Notes: generated by a model not told the origin, from the sequence alone. Counted from the stretch's first letter, positions 8,390 to 17,984 are shown. The stretch is DNA of 38,870 nucleotides from Candidatus Woesearchaeota archaeon (GCA_017609245.1 JAFCEI010000001.1:1-38870); one strand, 5' to 3'. Program-made: numbers and translations.

Positions 8390-9280
8390 ATGAAGCACAC
8401 TCTCAAGGTAACAATTGCTTTAGTCTTGTTGTTTTTTGTTTCTCAGATAATTGGGCTTGCTGTGACAAACGCTTATATTGAACATGAAAAGATAGAGGTT
8501 GGCGTTACAGAAAAAGCTGAGTTCAAAGAATTGCCCCTGAATTTGTCAAGGCCAGAGGTTGAAGAGCAGACGTCTTTTGTGTATATTTTGATTGCGATAC
8601 TGGTTGCAACTGTTGCCATATTGTTCTTGATGAAACTTGGAGCATTTCTTTTATGGAAATTATGGTATTTTTTAGCGATTTGGCTTTGCTTGGGGATTGC
8701 ACTAGGCGCTTTTATAGATGGGTTGGTTGCGATGATAATCAGTTTTTTGATGGCTGCATATAAGGTGTTCAGGCCTGCCCTGATAATCCAGAACTTGACA
8801 GAGGTTTTGATCTATGGCGGGCTGGCTGCTATCTTTGTCCCCATAATGAATGTGTTTTCAGCTGTGTTTTTGCTTGTGCTGATATCTGCCTATGATTATA
8901 TTGCTGTATACAAGACAAAACACATGGTTAAGCTGGCTAAATTCCAGTCTAAGATGGGTGCATTTGCTGGATTATTGATACCTTACAAGGTCGGGAAGCT
9001 AAGGAGAAAAGGTAAAGCTAGGCTTGTTAAGGTTCGCACCGCTGTTCTTGGAGGAGGGGATATTGGTTTTCCTCTGATATTTGCTGGTGTTGTGATGAAA
9101 GATTTGATGCTGGCAAATCCTATGTGGACCGGGTTTTTGAAAGTAATGATTATTCCTGTGTTTGCAACTCTTAGTTTGGTTTACCTGCTTGTAAAGGCTG
9201 AGAAAAAGAAGTTTTATCCGGCGATGCCTTTCTTAACTACAGGGTGTTTGATTGGATGGGTTGTGTTGTCGTTGATTTAG
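8390..9280 (+). CDS. Presenilin/signal-peptide-peptidase family (A22) intramembrane aspartyl protease
   Basis: Polytopic membrane protein with a YD motif (LISAYDYIAVY), a GxGD motif (LGGGDIGFP) and a PAL-like PAMPF near the C-terminus. Confidence 0.8.
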   Translation: MKHTLKVTIALVLLFFVSQIIGLAVTNAYIEHEKIEVGVTEKAEFKELPLNLSRPEVEEQTSFVYILIAILVATVAILFLMKLGAFLLWKLWYFLAIWLCLGIALGAFIDGLVAMIISFLMAAYKVFRPALIIQNLTEVLIYGGLAAIFVPIMNVFSAVFLLVLISAYDYIAVYKTKHMVKLAKFQSKMGAFAGLLIPYKVGKLRRKGKARLVKVRTAVLGGGDIGFPLIFAGVVMKDLMLANPMWTGFLKVMIIPVFATLSLVYLLVKAEKKKFYPAMPFLTTGCLIGWVVLSLI

Positions 9281-9414
9281 CTTTGCAAGTTTATATTTCT
9301 GAAGATGTCTATAACCAGGTAAGAGGAAAAATCCCTGCTAACTATGAGAATTTGGGAAAAAGAAAACTTAAGAATATCCAGACTGATGTTAACGTATACA
9401 GGATTGTGTGAGTT

Positions 9415-10227
9415 CTAATAATTACTTAATGTTGTCTGCCCTGACTTTGCAGAATAAGATATAGGATCAACATGCATGCCGTCTGTTGCAGCAATTGTCT
9501 GGACTTTTGACTTTTTCTGGATCTCTCTTGCTTCATATACAGGGTTTGCTTTGAGCATTGTCATGCCAAAGTGCTGGATAATTGCAAGTTTTGGCTTTAC
9601 TTTCTGCAGTAACTTTACTGTTTCTGCTGATGAAAAATGACCTTTGTATTTTTTTCCGAAACATCTTAAGTTGTCAATGATCATTATGTCGCAGCCTTTG
9701 TATTCTTTTTCAATTCCTCTGAACCAGTCTGTGTCTGAGGTGTAGCCTAAAGTAAATTTTGGAGTTATTATCTTGAATCCGACTGTGCCTGGAGCATCGT
9801 GCTTTGCTTTTGTAGGTGTTATTGAGATGTTATTAAGGCTTGTTCTTTTTCCTGGCTCTGCTATGACAATCTTTGGAATGCATTTAGCATGATAAGTTGT
9901 CAGATAAGGGTATTTGTCTTTTGTTCCTTTGACAACTGGTTTGGCTGCTATAAGAACTCCTTTTTTAGTTATTCCACCTTTTGTCATCGCATCTATAACT
10001 GCATTTACATCATTGCAGTGGTCTAGATGGTCATGAGAAACAAGCACTGCTGTGTTTTTTTCAATGTCAACATCAAACTGCCTTGCCCTTACCAAAGCAC
10101 CTGGGCCAGGATCTATGTGGATCTGCTCATTGCCATATTGCAGGACAAATCCGCCTGTTGCCCTGAACTGCTTTGCAACAACAAATCTTGCTCCACCTGT
10201 CCCAAGAAATACTATTTTTGGCTGCAT
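9415..10227 (-). CDS. MBL-fold metallo-hydrolase
   Basis: Starts IVFLGTGGA and carries the HxHxDH motif (VSHDHLDHCND). Confidence 0.8.
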   Translation of the reverse strand: MQPKIVFLGTGGARFVVAKQFRATGGFVLQYGNEQIHIDPGPGALVRARQFDVDIEKNTAVLVSHDHLDHCNDVNAVIDAMTKGGITKKGVLIAAKPVVKGTKDKYPYLTTYHAKCIPKIVIAEPGKRTSLNNISITPTKAKHDAPGTVGFKIITPKFTLGYTSDTDWFRGIEKEYKGCDIMIIDNLRCFGKKYKGHFSSAETVKLLQKVKPKLAIIQHFGMTMLKANPVYEAREIQKKSKVQTIAATDGMHVDPISYSAKSGQTTLSNY

Positions 10228-10314
10228 AATTGCAGATTTGCATAGATGTAAATAAATGTTTGTAACTACTCAAGGATGGAAATATTTATATAGTTCTTGG
10301 GATATTGAAATTTC

Positions 10315-11568
10315 ATGAAAGATAAATTTATCTCAAGTGCGCCTCACGGGAGGAGCTTTAGATTAAATCCTCTTCAACAGGATTTGCTTGCCAGCCCTTA
10401 TGTCCAGAGGCTAAAAGATATCAAACAATTAAGCTTGGCTTACCTGGTTTATCCTGATGCAAGACATTCAAGATTATCACACTCCTCAGGGGTCTCTCAT
10501 ATTGCTGGAGAGATGGGTGAGCATCTAAATCTTATCGAGCCTTTCCAGTATCTGCTAAGAGCTGCAGGCGAACTCCACGATGTTGGGCATACTGCATTTT
10601 CTCATACACTTGAGTCTTCGCTTGAAAAAAAAGTTGGAGATCACATGGAATGGACTGCAAGACTGATAAGAGGCGAGGCTGAACTTAAACGATACGGCAA
10701 AAATGAGATACCTGAAATACTGAGAAGCTACGGCCTTAATCCTGATGATGTTGCGAATCTTGTAAATAAAAAGTATCTTAATCCCAGATTTCCTTTCCTG
10801 CAGGACATAATCTTTGGGTCAGTTGATTGTGATCTGCTTGATTACCTGATCAGAGATTCTTATTTTACTAATCCTAAACTTGGTGTTGTGGATTTGGACA
10901 GGATAAAAAATAATCTCGTGATAAAAGATAATAAGCTTTGCATACTTAACAAGGGAAAGGGTGCGATAGATAGTGTTTTTCAGCTAAGAAACAATATGTA
11001 TAACAGAGTATATCTGCATCATGCCGTAAGGATTGCTGACAATATGCTTAGAAGAGGGGTATCTTTATGTGTAGATGAGGTTCCAGATTTCTATGAGTTT
11101 GTTGATGATGAACTAATTGAACGGCTGAGGAGCATAAAAAATCCTGAAGCAAAATACTTGATTGATAGGGTAAGAAACAGGGACTTGTTCAAAAGAGCTT
11201 ACGTGATGTATGATTATGAACTGGCTAAAAAGAAAAACTTCGAGAAATTCAAGAAATTGGATCAGATTGGCAGTGAAAAAATAGAAAAACATGTCAGCAG
11301 CAAAATAAAAGGGCTGAAAAAAGAACATGTTATTGTAGACTTCCCAATCAATTCTGTTCTGTTGAGTGAGCCAAGATTAAAAAATTATAAGTTCAATGTA
11401 TTGCAGGATAATGGGGAGGTGAGTGAGATCAGCAAACTAAGACCTAAAACAGTTGAAGCATATGCAAAAGAACTGAGCTTGCCTGAAAATCCGTTCATCT
11501 TGGCTGTGCCTGAAGAATACAGGTCAAAAGCCAGTTCAGTCATGAATAATTTAATCAGTAAATTATAG
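10315..11568 (+). CDS. HD-domain phosphohydrolase (COG1078 / SAMHD1-like family)
   Basis: Motifs: HSRLSHSSGVSHIA, ELHDVGHTAFSH and DCDLLDYLIRDSYFT. A TATA-like ATATTTATATA about 25 nt upstream suggests a leaderless start. Confidence 0.8.
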   Translation: MKDKFISSAPHGRSFRLNPLQQDLLASPYVQRLKDIKQLSLAYLVYPDARHSRLSHSSGVSHIAGEMGEHLNLIEPFQYLLRAAGELHDVGHTAFSHTLESSLEKKVGDHMEWTARLIRGEAELKRYGKNEIPEILRSYGLNPDDVANLVNKKYLNPRFPFLQDIIFGSVDCDLLDYLIRDSYFTNPKLGVVDLDRIKNNLVIKDNKLCILNKGKGAIDSVFQLRNNMYNRVYLHHAVRIADNMLRRGVSLCVDEVPDFYEFVDDELIERLRSIKNPEAKYLIDRVRNRDLFKRAYVMYDYELAKKKNFEKFKKLDQIGSEKIEKHVSSKIKGLKKEHVIVDFPINSVLLSEPRLKNYKFNVLQDNGEVSEISKLRPKTVEAYAKELSLPENPFILAVPEEYRSKASSVMNNLISKL

Positions 11569-11573
11569 TAAGG

Positions 11574-11582
11574 TTTTTAAAA
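11574..11582 (+). promoter_or_regulatory. TATA box for SRP RNA
   Basis: TTTTTAAAA is centred about 26 nt upstream of the first G of the SRP RNA. Confidence 0.45.
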
Positions 11583-11603
11583 CCCAGAATACTATTTCTA
11601 TAT

Positions 11604-11877
11604 GGGCAAGCTAGACCGGGAGGATAGCTCTCTCCTGTAACCTTGAATGAGCTTTACTTGGGGTTGAAGCTTAAAGAGAGGCATAAGCTTTGCTCATTGG
11701 TCTTGGCTCGGACAATGAGATTCTGTCCTGTAGGATTGATTCTTATAGGAACCTGGTGAGACCCGGAAGGGAGCAGCCATAACTATTTGGATTGATGCTT
11801 ATGGGGTTGCGGGATCAAGGAAGAGTTAAGGTAGCTGATGAGTGGAATTATGCCCATCTTTGGGCGTGCTTGCCCGC
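11604..11877 (+). ncRNA. Signal recognition particle RNA (archaeal 7S)
   Basis: The 5' GGGCAAGC pairs with the 3' GCTTGCCCGC. The Alu-domain reads GACCGGGAGG...CCTGTAACC. The helix-8 motif is CCTGGTGAGACCCGGAAGGGAGCAGCC (GGAAGGGAGCAGCC at 11766-11779). No ORF is present. Confidence 0.8.
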
Positions 11878-12789
11878 TTATTTTTCTAAGAAGTCTAACC
11901 AATCCAGATAATTTTCGTCTCTTGCATTGACAATATCAAAGAATTTGGTCTGGATCTTTTCAGTTACAGGACCTCTTTTACCTTCACCAATAACCTTATC
12001 ATCAATCTGTCTTATTGGTGTGACTTCTGCTGCAGTTCCTGTAAAAAATGCTTCATCTGCTTCTAAAAGTTCTTGTTTTGTAATGTCTTTTTCTTGTGTT
12101 TCATAACCAAGGTCTTTTGCAATCTTCAGAATTGCGTCTCTTGTTATGCCTTTTAGGACTGAGTTTAGTTTTGGTGTGATAACTTTGTTGTTTTTTATAA
12201 TGAAAAGGTTTTCACCAGAACCTTCTGCTGCAAAATTATCTGTATCAAACATGATTGCTTCATCAAAACCAGAATCAAGCGCATCTGTTTTAGCTAAGAT
12301 TGAGTTGAAATAATTGCCGCATATCTTTGCCTGATTGATCTTTCCAGGAACTCTTTTATGTTCAGAAATCTTAACCTTGATGCCTTTTTCAAGCCCTTCT
12401 TCACCAAGATATGTTCCCCAAGGCCATACAGCTATTGAAATGTTGACTGGTGAACCTTCTGGATTCAAGCCCATAACTCCATAGCCATAATAGACAATTG
12501 GCCGGATATAACATGCATCTAGATTATTCTCTGCAATTGTCTGCTTGATTGCATCTGATATCTGCTCTTTTGTGAATAGGATCTTTATCTTTAGCATCTC
12601 TGCAGAATTAAACAGCCTGTCAACATGTTCTTTTAACCTAAAAACAGCAGGCCCTTTTTCAGTATTATAACACCTGATACCTTCAAAAACACCTGCTCCA
12701 TAATGTAATGTATGTGTAAGAATGTGTGTTGTTGCATGATTCCAAGGCAGGAGCTGGCCATCCATCCAGATAAATTCTACTTTTTCCAT
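11878..12789 (-). CDS. ilvE: Branched-chain amino acid aminotransferase (class IV)
   Basis: Starts IWMDGQLLPWNHATTHILTHTLHYGAGVFEGIRCY and has the fold-type IV layout. Its start overlaps the leuS stop (TAATG). Confidence 0.9.
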   Translation of the reverse strand: MEKVEFIWMDGQLLPWNHATTHILTHTLHYGAGVFEGIRCYNTEKGPAVFRLKEHVDRLFNSAEMLKIKILFTKEQISDAIKQTIAENNLDACYIRPIVYYGYGVMGLNPEGSPVNISIAVWPWGTYLGEEGLEKGIKVKISEHKRVPGKINQAKICGNYFNSILAKTDALDSGFDEAIMFDTDNFAAEGSGENLFIIKNNKVITPKLNSVLKGITRDAILKIAKDLGYETQEKDITKQELLEADEAFFTGTAAEVTPIRQIDDKVIGEGKRGPVTEKIQTKFFDIVNARDENYLDWLDFLEK

Positions 12790-15254
12790 TATTCCAGATA
12801 AATTGCCGGTTTTCCTGGCTTTGCTTTTTTAGACTTGTTTTCAGGGTCATGCTTGTCTTTGTCGTTTACTGCACAGATACTTATCTCAAGTCCTGTTTTT
12901 TTCTTGATGGCTTCTGAATTTTCAGAATAAAGCTGTTTTTCCTGAGGCAGTACATAAACAAATGCTTTTTTCATTTCTTGTTTCTGCTTTTCTTTTACAA
13001 GCCTTACAATGTTATTGATGTCTTCTGTTAATTTTTCTATCTGTTGCTCTTGCTTTTCCAGGTTTTCGTCAATCTTTTTCTCGTCATATTTAGGCCATTT
13101 CTCAAGAGATATAAATGGCTTGTTGCCAATCTTTTCCCATAATTCTTCTGTAATATGAGGGCAGAAAGGATGTAATAATTTAAGGAATTTCTCAGCAGCA
13201 TCTTTGCTTATAGAATCTTCAAAAGAGTCAAATAGTTTTCTTAGTTTTATAACAGCCAGATTATATCTGAAATTCTCAATATCCTGTGTCATCTCTTTTA
13301 TGGTCTTGTTTAGCTTGCTTTCAATCTTTTTGCTTGATTTTCCTGGCTTAAGATTTTCAAAGTAAGCTATGATTTTTTTGATAAATTTAGAGCTGCCTTC
13401 AATCCCTTTTTCACTCCATTGCACATCTTTGTCGGGACTTGCAACACTAACCAAGAATAATCGCGCAGTATCAATTCCATATTTTTTTGAAACCTCTTCT
13501 GGCAGAGCGACATTCCCCCTAGATTTGCTCATAACAAACCCGTCTTCGCCATGCAACATCCCTTGGTTGAAGAGTCTGGTAAACGGCTCATCAATCTTAA
13601 CAAATCCCAAGTCTCTCAGGGCTTTTGTAAAGAATCTTGCATATATTAGGTGCATACAGGCATGCTCTGCTCCGCCAATATACTGGTCAACAGGCATCCA
13701 ATAGTCTGATTTTTTCTTATCAAAAGGAAGTTTATTATTTTTAGGATCGGAATATCTTAGGAAATACCATGAGCTGTCAAAGAATGTGTCCATCGTGTCT
13801 GTTTCTCTTCTTGCGCTGCTTTTGCATTTAGGGCATTTGACATCAACAAAACTTTTGTTCGTCTCCAATGGGTTTCCTTTGCCAAATTCAACCTTTTCAG
13901 GCAGCTTTACAGGCAGATCCTTTTCAGGGACAGGCACTATGCCGCATTTGTCGCAGTAAATAACTGGGATGGGTGTTCCCCAGTATCTTTGCCTTGAGAT
14001 GAGCCAGTCTTTAAGCTTGTATTGCAATGCCTTTCTACCCTGCTTTTTCTTTGCAAGGTATTTTGTAATACCTTCCATAGCGTCTCTGTTACTATCTCCA
14101 TCAAACTCGCCTGAGTTTATCATGTTGCCGTCATCAACATATGCTCTTGACATCTTTGTTGGATTTAACTCATAATCAGAAGGGGAGATGACTATCTTGA
14201 TTGGAATCTTGTATTTTTTGGCAAACTCAAAGTCTCTTTGGTCGTGAGCAGGAACTGCCATCACCATTCCGCAGCCATATTCTGCAACCACAAAATTGCC
14301 TGCGTAGACTGGAACTTTTTCGCCATTTACAGGATTTACAGCATAAGCTCCTGTGAATGCCCCTTCTTTTTCAAGCTCTTCAATATCTTTCTCGCTTGTT
14401 GATTTTATTTTTTTGAGCAATTTCTCAATATCTTTTTTCTGTTCTTTTGTCACGATCTCCATTAAGCGAGGGTGTTGAGCAGAGATCACTATGAATGTCA
14501 CTCCATAGATTGTATCAGGTCTTGTTGTAAAGATTGGCCATTTTTCACCATTGATTTCAAAATCAATCTCAGTTCCGTAGCTTTTGCCAATCCAGTTCTT
14601 CTGCATCGCTTTTATCCTGTCAGGCCACTGCAGATCATCAACCATATCCAAAAGCTCATCAGCATATTTTGTAGTCTTGATAAACCACTGTTCTAGCTGT
14701 TTTATCTCTACTTCTATATCCTTGTGCCTCCAGCATTTGCCATCATGAACCTGCTCATTAGCAAGAACTGTGCTGCATTTAGGGCACCAATTAACCGAAG
14801 CCTTCTTCCTATAAGCAAGTCCGTTTTCAAGAAATTTCAAAAAGAAATACTGGTTCCATCTGTAATATTCAGGGGTGCATGTAGATATCATCCTGTCCCA
14901 ATCGTAGCTTAACCCTAGTGATTTCTGCTGCTTGATAAAATTATTCACTGAATTATTTGTAAATTTTTTTGGGTGCGTCTTTGCTTTGATTGCTGCATTT
15001 TCTGCAGGCAAGCCCAGTGAGTCATATCCCATAGGATAAAGAACATTAAGTCCACTCATTCGCTTGAATCTTGCGTAGATATCTCCAATCGTGTAGTTCA
15101 GAGCGTGACCCATGTGCAGACCAGAACCTGAAGGATACGGGAACATCTCAAGGCAATAGAATTTCTTTTTTTTAGAATCTTCCTTGACTTTGAATATCTT
15201 GGATTTTTCCCACTTGTCCTGCCATCTCTTTTCAATCCTGCTGAAATTTACCAT
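12789..15254 (-). CDS. leuS: Leucyl-tRNA synthetase, bacterial-type
   Basis: Motifs: FYCLEMFPYPSGSGLHMGHALNYTIGDIYARFKRMSGLNVLYPMGYDSLGLPAENAAI, then TCTPEYYRWNQYFF and WCPKCSTVLANEQV, with VMSKSRGN as the KMSKS motif. This collinear motif set matches the bacterial LeuRS type, not the archaeal one. Confidence 0.95.
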   Translation of the reverse strand: MVNFSRIEKRWQDKWEKSKIFKVKEDSKKKKFYCLEMFPYPSGSGLHMGHALNYTIGDIYARFKRMSGLNVLYPMGYDSLGLPAENAAIKAKTHPKKFTNNSVNNFIKQQKSLGLSYDWDRMISTCTPEYYRWNQYFFLKFLENGLAYRKKASVNWCPKCSTVLANEQVHDGKCWRHKDIEVEIKQLEQWFIKTTKYADELLDMVDDLQWPDRIKAMQKNWIGKSYGTEIDFEINGEKWPIFTTRPDTIYGVTFIVISAQHPRLMEIVTKEQKKDIEKLLKKIKSTSEKDIEELEKEGAFTGAYAVNPVNGEKVPVYAGNFVVAEYGCGMVMAVPAHDQRDFEFAKKYKIPIKIVISPSDYELNPTKMSRAYVDDGNMINSGEFDGDSNRDAMEGITKYLAKKKQGRKALQYKLKDWLISRQRYWGTPIPVIYCDKCGIVPVPEKDLPVKLPEKVEFGKGNPLETNKSFVDVKCPKCKSSARRETDTMDTFFDSSWYFLRYSDPKNNKLPFDKKKSDYWMPVDQYIGGAEHACMHLIYARFFTKALRDLGFVKIDEPFTRLFNQGMLHGEDGFVMSKSRGNVALPEEVSKKYGIDTARLFLVSVASPDKDVQWSEKGIEGSSKFIKKIIAYFENLKPGKSSKKIESKLNKTIKEMTQDIENFRYNLAVIKLRKLFDSFEDSISKDAAEKFLKLLHPFCPHITEELWEKIGNKPFISLEKWPKYDEKKIDENLEKQEQQIEKLTEDINNIVRLVKEKQKQEMKKAFVYVLPQEKQLYSENSEAIKKKTGLEISICAVNDKDKHDPENKSKKAKPGKPAIYLE

Positions 15255-15292
15255 ATCCCTATTAGTTCATCGTCTATTTAAATTATTTTTGG

Positions 15293-15550
15293 TTAATACC
15301 ATTGCAGAGATTCGCTCTTGTGTATCATTTCATAACCTTCTATGTTTCTATCCCTGAAATGTATCTTGAATGCCAGTGCGCTTGTTGGAAGATATTCTGT
15401 ATTTTCAGAGGATTTTGCGTAAAATTGAATCATTTTCTGTTCAGGAATCAGCTTAAAGGCCACTGCTCTTTGCACCAGATCTTCTGAAACAATCACATAC
15501 CCTGCCCCATTTATCTTTTCTTCGGCAATAACCTTTTTTTCTAATTCCAT
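15293..15550 (-). CDS. Hypothetical protein (85 aa from the SD-led start)
   Basis: The track ORF starts at 15577. The internal ATG at 15548-15550 lies 6 nt behind AAGGAGGT. No motif recognised. Confidence 0.4.
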   Translation of the reverse strand: MELEKKVIAEEKINGAGYVIVSEDLVQRAVAFKLIPEQKMIQFYAKSSENTEYLPTSALAFKIHFRDRNIEGYEMIHKSESLQWY

Positions 15551-15609
15551 TTTTTGACCTCCTTTGTCTAGTTCCATAGCTAACGCCAGATTCTCAAAAT
15601 AAAATGCAG

Positions 15610-15656
15610 AAAAAAACAGAGAACCTGGCAGTTATTTATAACACAATAATAACTGC
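15610..15656 (-). terminator. Hairpin plus U7 tract
   Basis: A 9-bp perfect stem (GCAGTTATT 15628-15636 with AATAACTGC 15648-15656) is followed, on the minus strand, by a T7 run (A7 at 15610-15616 on plus). Confidence 0.35.
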
Positions 15657-15731
15657 TGCTAGAACTAGCAGAGCTCTGACTACTGACAAATTCAACCATT
15701 TGTTAATAGCCGTGCTGCTCATTAAGAGCAT
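15636..15731 (-). CDS. Candidate 31-aa hydrophobic micropeptide
   Basis: Unlisted ORF MLLMSSTAINKWLNLSVVRALLVLAAVIIVL. A TATA-like ATATATAAAAT (15745-15755) lies about 20 nt upstream, which would make it leaderless. A hairpin and T-run follow. Coding status is unproven. Confidence 0.25.
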   Translation of the reverse strand: MLLMSSTAINKWLNLSVVRALLVLAAVIIVL

Positions 15732-15766
15732 AAACACTATAAGAATATATAAAATTTACTAAAAAA

Positions 15767-15964
15767 TTAAAATTTCTTGAATCTAGCTGCAGTATCTATC
15801 AGGTCGACATGGCCTAAGAATAAAGCTCTGCAGCAGTATCTTTCCAAGCCCAGCTCATCCAGAACCTTTTTCTTTTCTTCACCAGCATTTACCTTTTCAG
15901 AATATTTCTCCCATAAATGTGATACTGGTTTTCCGCAACTGAAACATCTCATTGGAATTATCAT
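15767..15964 (-). CDS. rpoN: DNA-directed RNA polymerase subunit N (Rpb10)
   Basis: MIIPMRCFSCGKPV...ERYCCRALFLGHVDL is the Rpo10 zinc-bundle signature. Confidence 0.9.
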   Translation of the reverse strand: MIIPMRCFSCGKPVSHLWEKYSEKVNAGEEKKKVLDELGLERYCCRALFLGHVDLIDTAARFKKF

Positions 15965-15968
15965 ATTC

Positions 15969-16364
15969 TCACCTGTACGATTTTGTTACCTTGGATCTTG
16001 CTTTGCCATGCCTGTTTGGCTTATGTGTCTCTTTTCTTCTGACATCAGCCACCAACAGGTGCCTATCATATTCCAAGAATACTTTTTCTAATTTTTTGTC
16101 AGCCTTTGCCAGCGCTTTTGCAATGGCCAGTCTTGCAGCTTCTGCCTGTGAATTTATCCCGCCGCCCATCACATTGACTTTGATATCAAATTTTTTAGCT
16201 GCGTTGCCTGCAAGTATTGCTGGTTCTGAAAGCTTTAGTTTGATATATTCTGGCTCAAACTGTTCTATGGCTTTGTTGTTTATCTTTATTGCTCCTTCTC
16301 CAGGACATAGTGTAGCTCTTGCTACTGCTCTCTTCCTTGTTCCTGATGTGTGTATGATCTTCAT
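15969..16364 (-). CDS. rps9: 30S ribosomal protein S9 (uS9)
   Basis: Start reset to MKIIHTSGTRKRAVARA; that ATG overlaps the L13 stop as ATGA (16361-16364). The C-terminal ...ARSKVTKSYR is typical of uS9. Confidence 0.9.
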   Translation of the reverse strand: MKIIHTSGTRKRAVARATLCPGEGAIKINNKAIEQFEPEYIKLKLSEPAILAGNAAKKFDIKVNVMGGGINSQAEAARLAIAKALAKADKKLEKVFLEYDRHLLVADVRRKETHKPNRHGKARSKVTKSYR

Positions 16365-16777
16365 ATTTTTGCACCCAATAATCTGCATATTTCTCCAACT
16401 TTAACAAAGTTTAGGTTTGGGAGCTTTTCAACATTTGCTTGTTTTATTGTTTCTGTTTTCTTGTCTTTGAATTTCTCAGGCACCCCTATATGGCACATGA
16501 CTCTCTTGAAAGCATCCCTTCCTCTTGCCTTTTTATGATTCAACATGCCTCTTACTGATCTTCTTACAAACCTATCAGGCATTCTAGGGATATACGGACC
16601 TTTTAGAGGCACTCCTCTTTTTCTTTTTTGCTGATATTTTGACAATATAAACCTCTTGCTGCCGGTTATAACCGCATTTTCACAGTTAACAATATCTATC
16701 TTTTCTCCCAACAATGCCTTCTTGGCTGCAAAAGATGCCATTCTTCCCAATATCAAGTCAGTTGCGTCGATTATCAT
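16361..16777 (-). CDS. rpl13: 50S ribosomal protein L13 (uL13)
   Basis: MIIDATDLILGRMASFAAKKALLGEKIDIVNCENAVITG. Confidence 0.9.
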   Translation of the reverse strand: MIIDATDLILGRMASFAAKKALLGEKIDIVNCENAVITGSKRFILSKYQQKRKRGVPLKGPYIPRMPDRFVRRSVRGMLNHKKARGRDAFKRVMCHIGVPEKFKDKKTETIKQANVEKLPNLNFVKVGEICRLLGAKI

Positions 16778-17136
16778 TATCCTATGATTCTTACTCCCTT
16801 GCCTTTGATGTCTTGTTTCATCATGTCTTGAATATAAATTGCCTTGCCAACTTTGTTTATCTTTTCTTTTGCCTGGTCACTGAATTTCCATGCTGCAACA
16901 GTCACTGGATGGTCTAGAACTCCTGAACTAAGAACTTTTCCAGGAACTATTATGTTTTCGTCCTTTTTTGTATATCTGTTGATTCTTGATATATTTACTG
17001 CTCTTCTCTGTCTTGTTGGCTTTTCCAGATCTGCGGCTATCCTTTTCCAAAAATTGCTATTCTGCTCGCTAGATAACTTCTTCAGCTCTTGAATTAAATT
17101 TTTCAAGTTCGGATTTGTCGGACCTGTTCGTTTCAT
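16777..17136 (-). CDS. rpl18e: 50S ribosomal protein L18e
   Basis: TGPTNPNLKNLIQELKK...RRAVNISRINRYTK...IVPGKVLSSG, in the conserved position between rpoD and rpl13. Confidence 0.9.
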   Translation of the reverse strand: MKRTGPTNPNLKNLIQELKKLSSEQNSNFWKRIAADLEKPTRQRRAVNISRINRYTKKDENIIVPGKVLSSGVLDHPVTVAAWKFSDQAKEKINKVGKAIYIQDMMKQDIKGKGVRIIG

Positions 17137-17195
17137 CTTAAATCTTTTGTTTTAAACAAAAGTTTGAGGTTAGAAAACCTCAACTTAGGTTTTCT

Positions 17196-17984
17196 TTATT
17201 TCAACTCTTTAATTTTTGAATTAAATTCTGACAGTTTTTCCTGTAATATATCAGCAGCAGCTGTAAGCATCTCTTTGCAGGATAACTGCCCCCAACTCTC
17301 AACATAAAATATAAAATCGTTCTCTGATTCTTCAAGCTTTACTGCAGAATCTGTTTCAACACAGTTTTGGCATAGATGGCATTTCAATAGATTCTTATCA
17401 TTGACTGATACTTTGTTTCCTTTCATCTCGAAAACACCAACAGGACATGATTTTACGATTGATTCTGCATCTTTTATATTTCCAACCTCAATAATTGGCT
17501 TATATTTATAGAAAATTAGGCCTGGACTCCACTTTGCATGGTCTTTTCCCTTTCCTAAACAGGCTGTTGCCTCCAGCTCTACTTTCTGTCCCTTCATCAA
17601 CTTAACCAAAAGTGCATCAGGGTAAACAGGTTTTATCTTGGGGTCTTTGCTTTTCAGTTCAGAAGCATATACAACATCTCCTTTTGATTTGAGAGTCATG
17701 TTTAACTGGCATCTGGCGCATCCCTCTCCCTTGCACTTGCATTCAGAAGGTAGAGTGTATGATTTAAGGTCTGTTTTCAACGGCAGCAACCCAAATCTGT
17801 GAGCAAGTATCTCATCATACAGGATTGATGTGTTCTGCTTAAATTCAACATCCTCTATGGCCATCGTCGGAACTTCTTCTACAACAACCCTTCTTATTGC
17901 ATTTGCAAATGCTGTATTTGATTTTGACAAAAGAAATGAACTTTTGTTGTTTTTCGAATCTGATTCTAAAAGTTTGATTTCCAT
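17196..17984 (-). CDS. rpoD: DNA-directed RNA polymerase subunit D (Rpb3-like) with Cys-cluster domain
   Basis: FANAIRRVVVEEVPTMAIEDVEF, plus a Cys insert (SCPVGVF...KCHLCQNC). Sits in the conserved position after rps11. Confidence 0.9.
   Translation of the reverse strand: MEIKLLESDSKNNKSSFLLSKSNTAFANAIRRVVVEEVPTMAIEDVEFKQNTSILYDEILAHRFGLLPLKTDLKSYTLPSECKCKGEGCARCQLNMTLKSKGDVVYASELKSKDPKIKPVYPDALLVKLMKGQKVELEATACLGKGKDHAKWSPGLIFYKYKPIIEVGNIKDAESIVKSCPVGVFEMKGNKVSVNDKNLLKCHLCQNCVETDSAVKLEESENDFIFYVESWGQLSCKEMLTAAADILQEKLSEFNSKIKELK

Noticed and set aside
9340-9390. Possible C/D-box sRNA (AUGAGA ... CUGA) in the gap between the presenilin-like and MBL genes
   Set aside because: The C box is imperfect. 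No D' or C' boxes or terminal stem are present, and no promoter lies at a suitable distance. This is too weak.
15952-16404. 150-aa plus-strand ORF across rps9 and rpoN. Similar shadow ORFs occur opposite scpB and ndk (25931..26299), the 206-aa protein (26961..27332), dnaG (2143..2478) and gyrA (23486..24211).
   Set aside because: All lie antisense to genes with strong family signatures and have hydrophobic or low-complexity composition.
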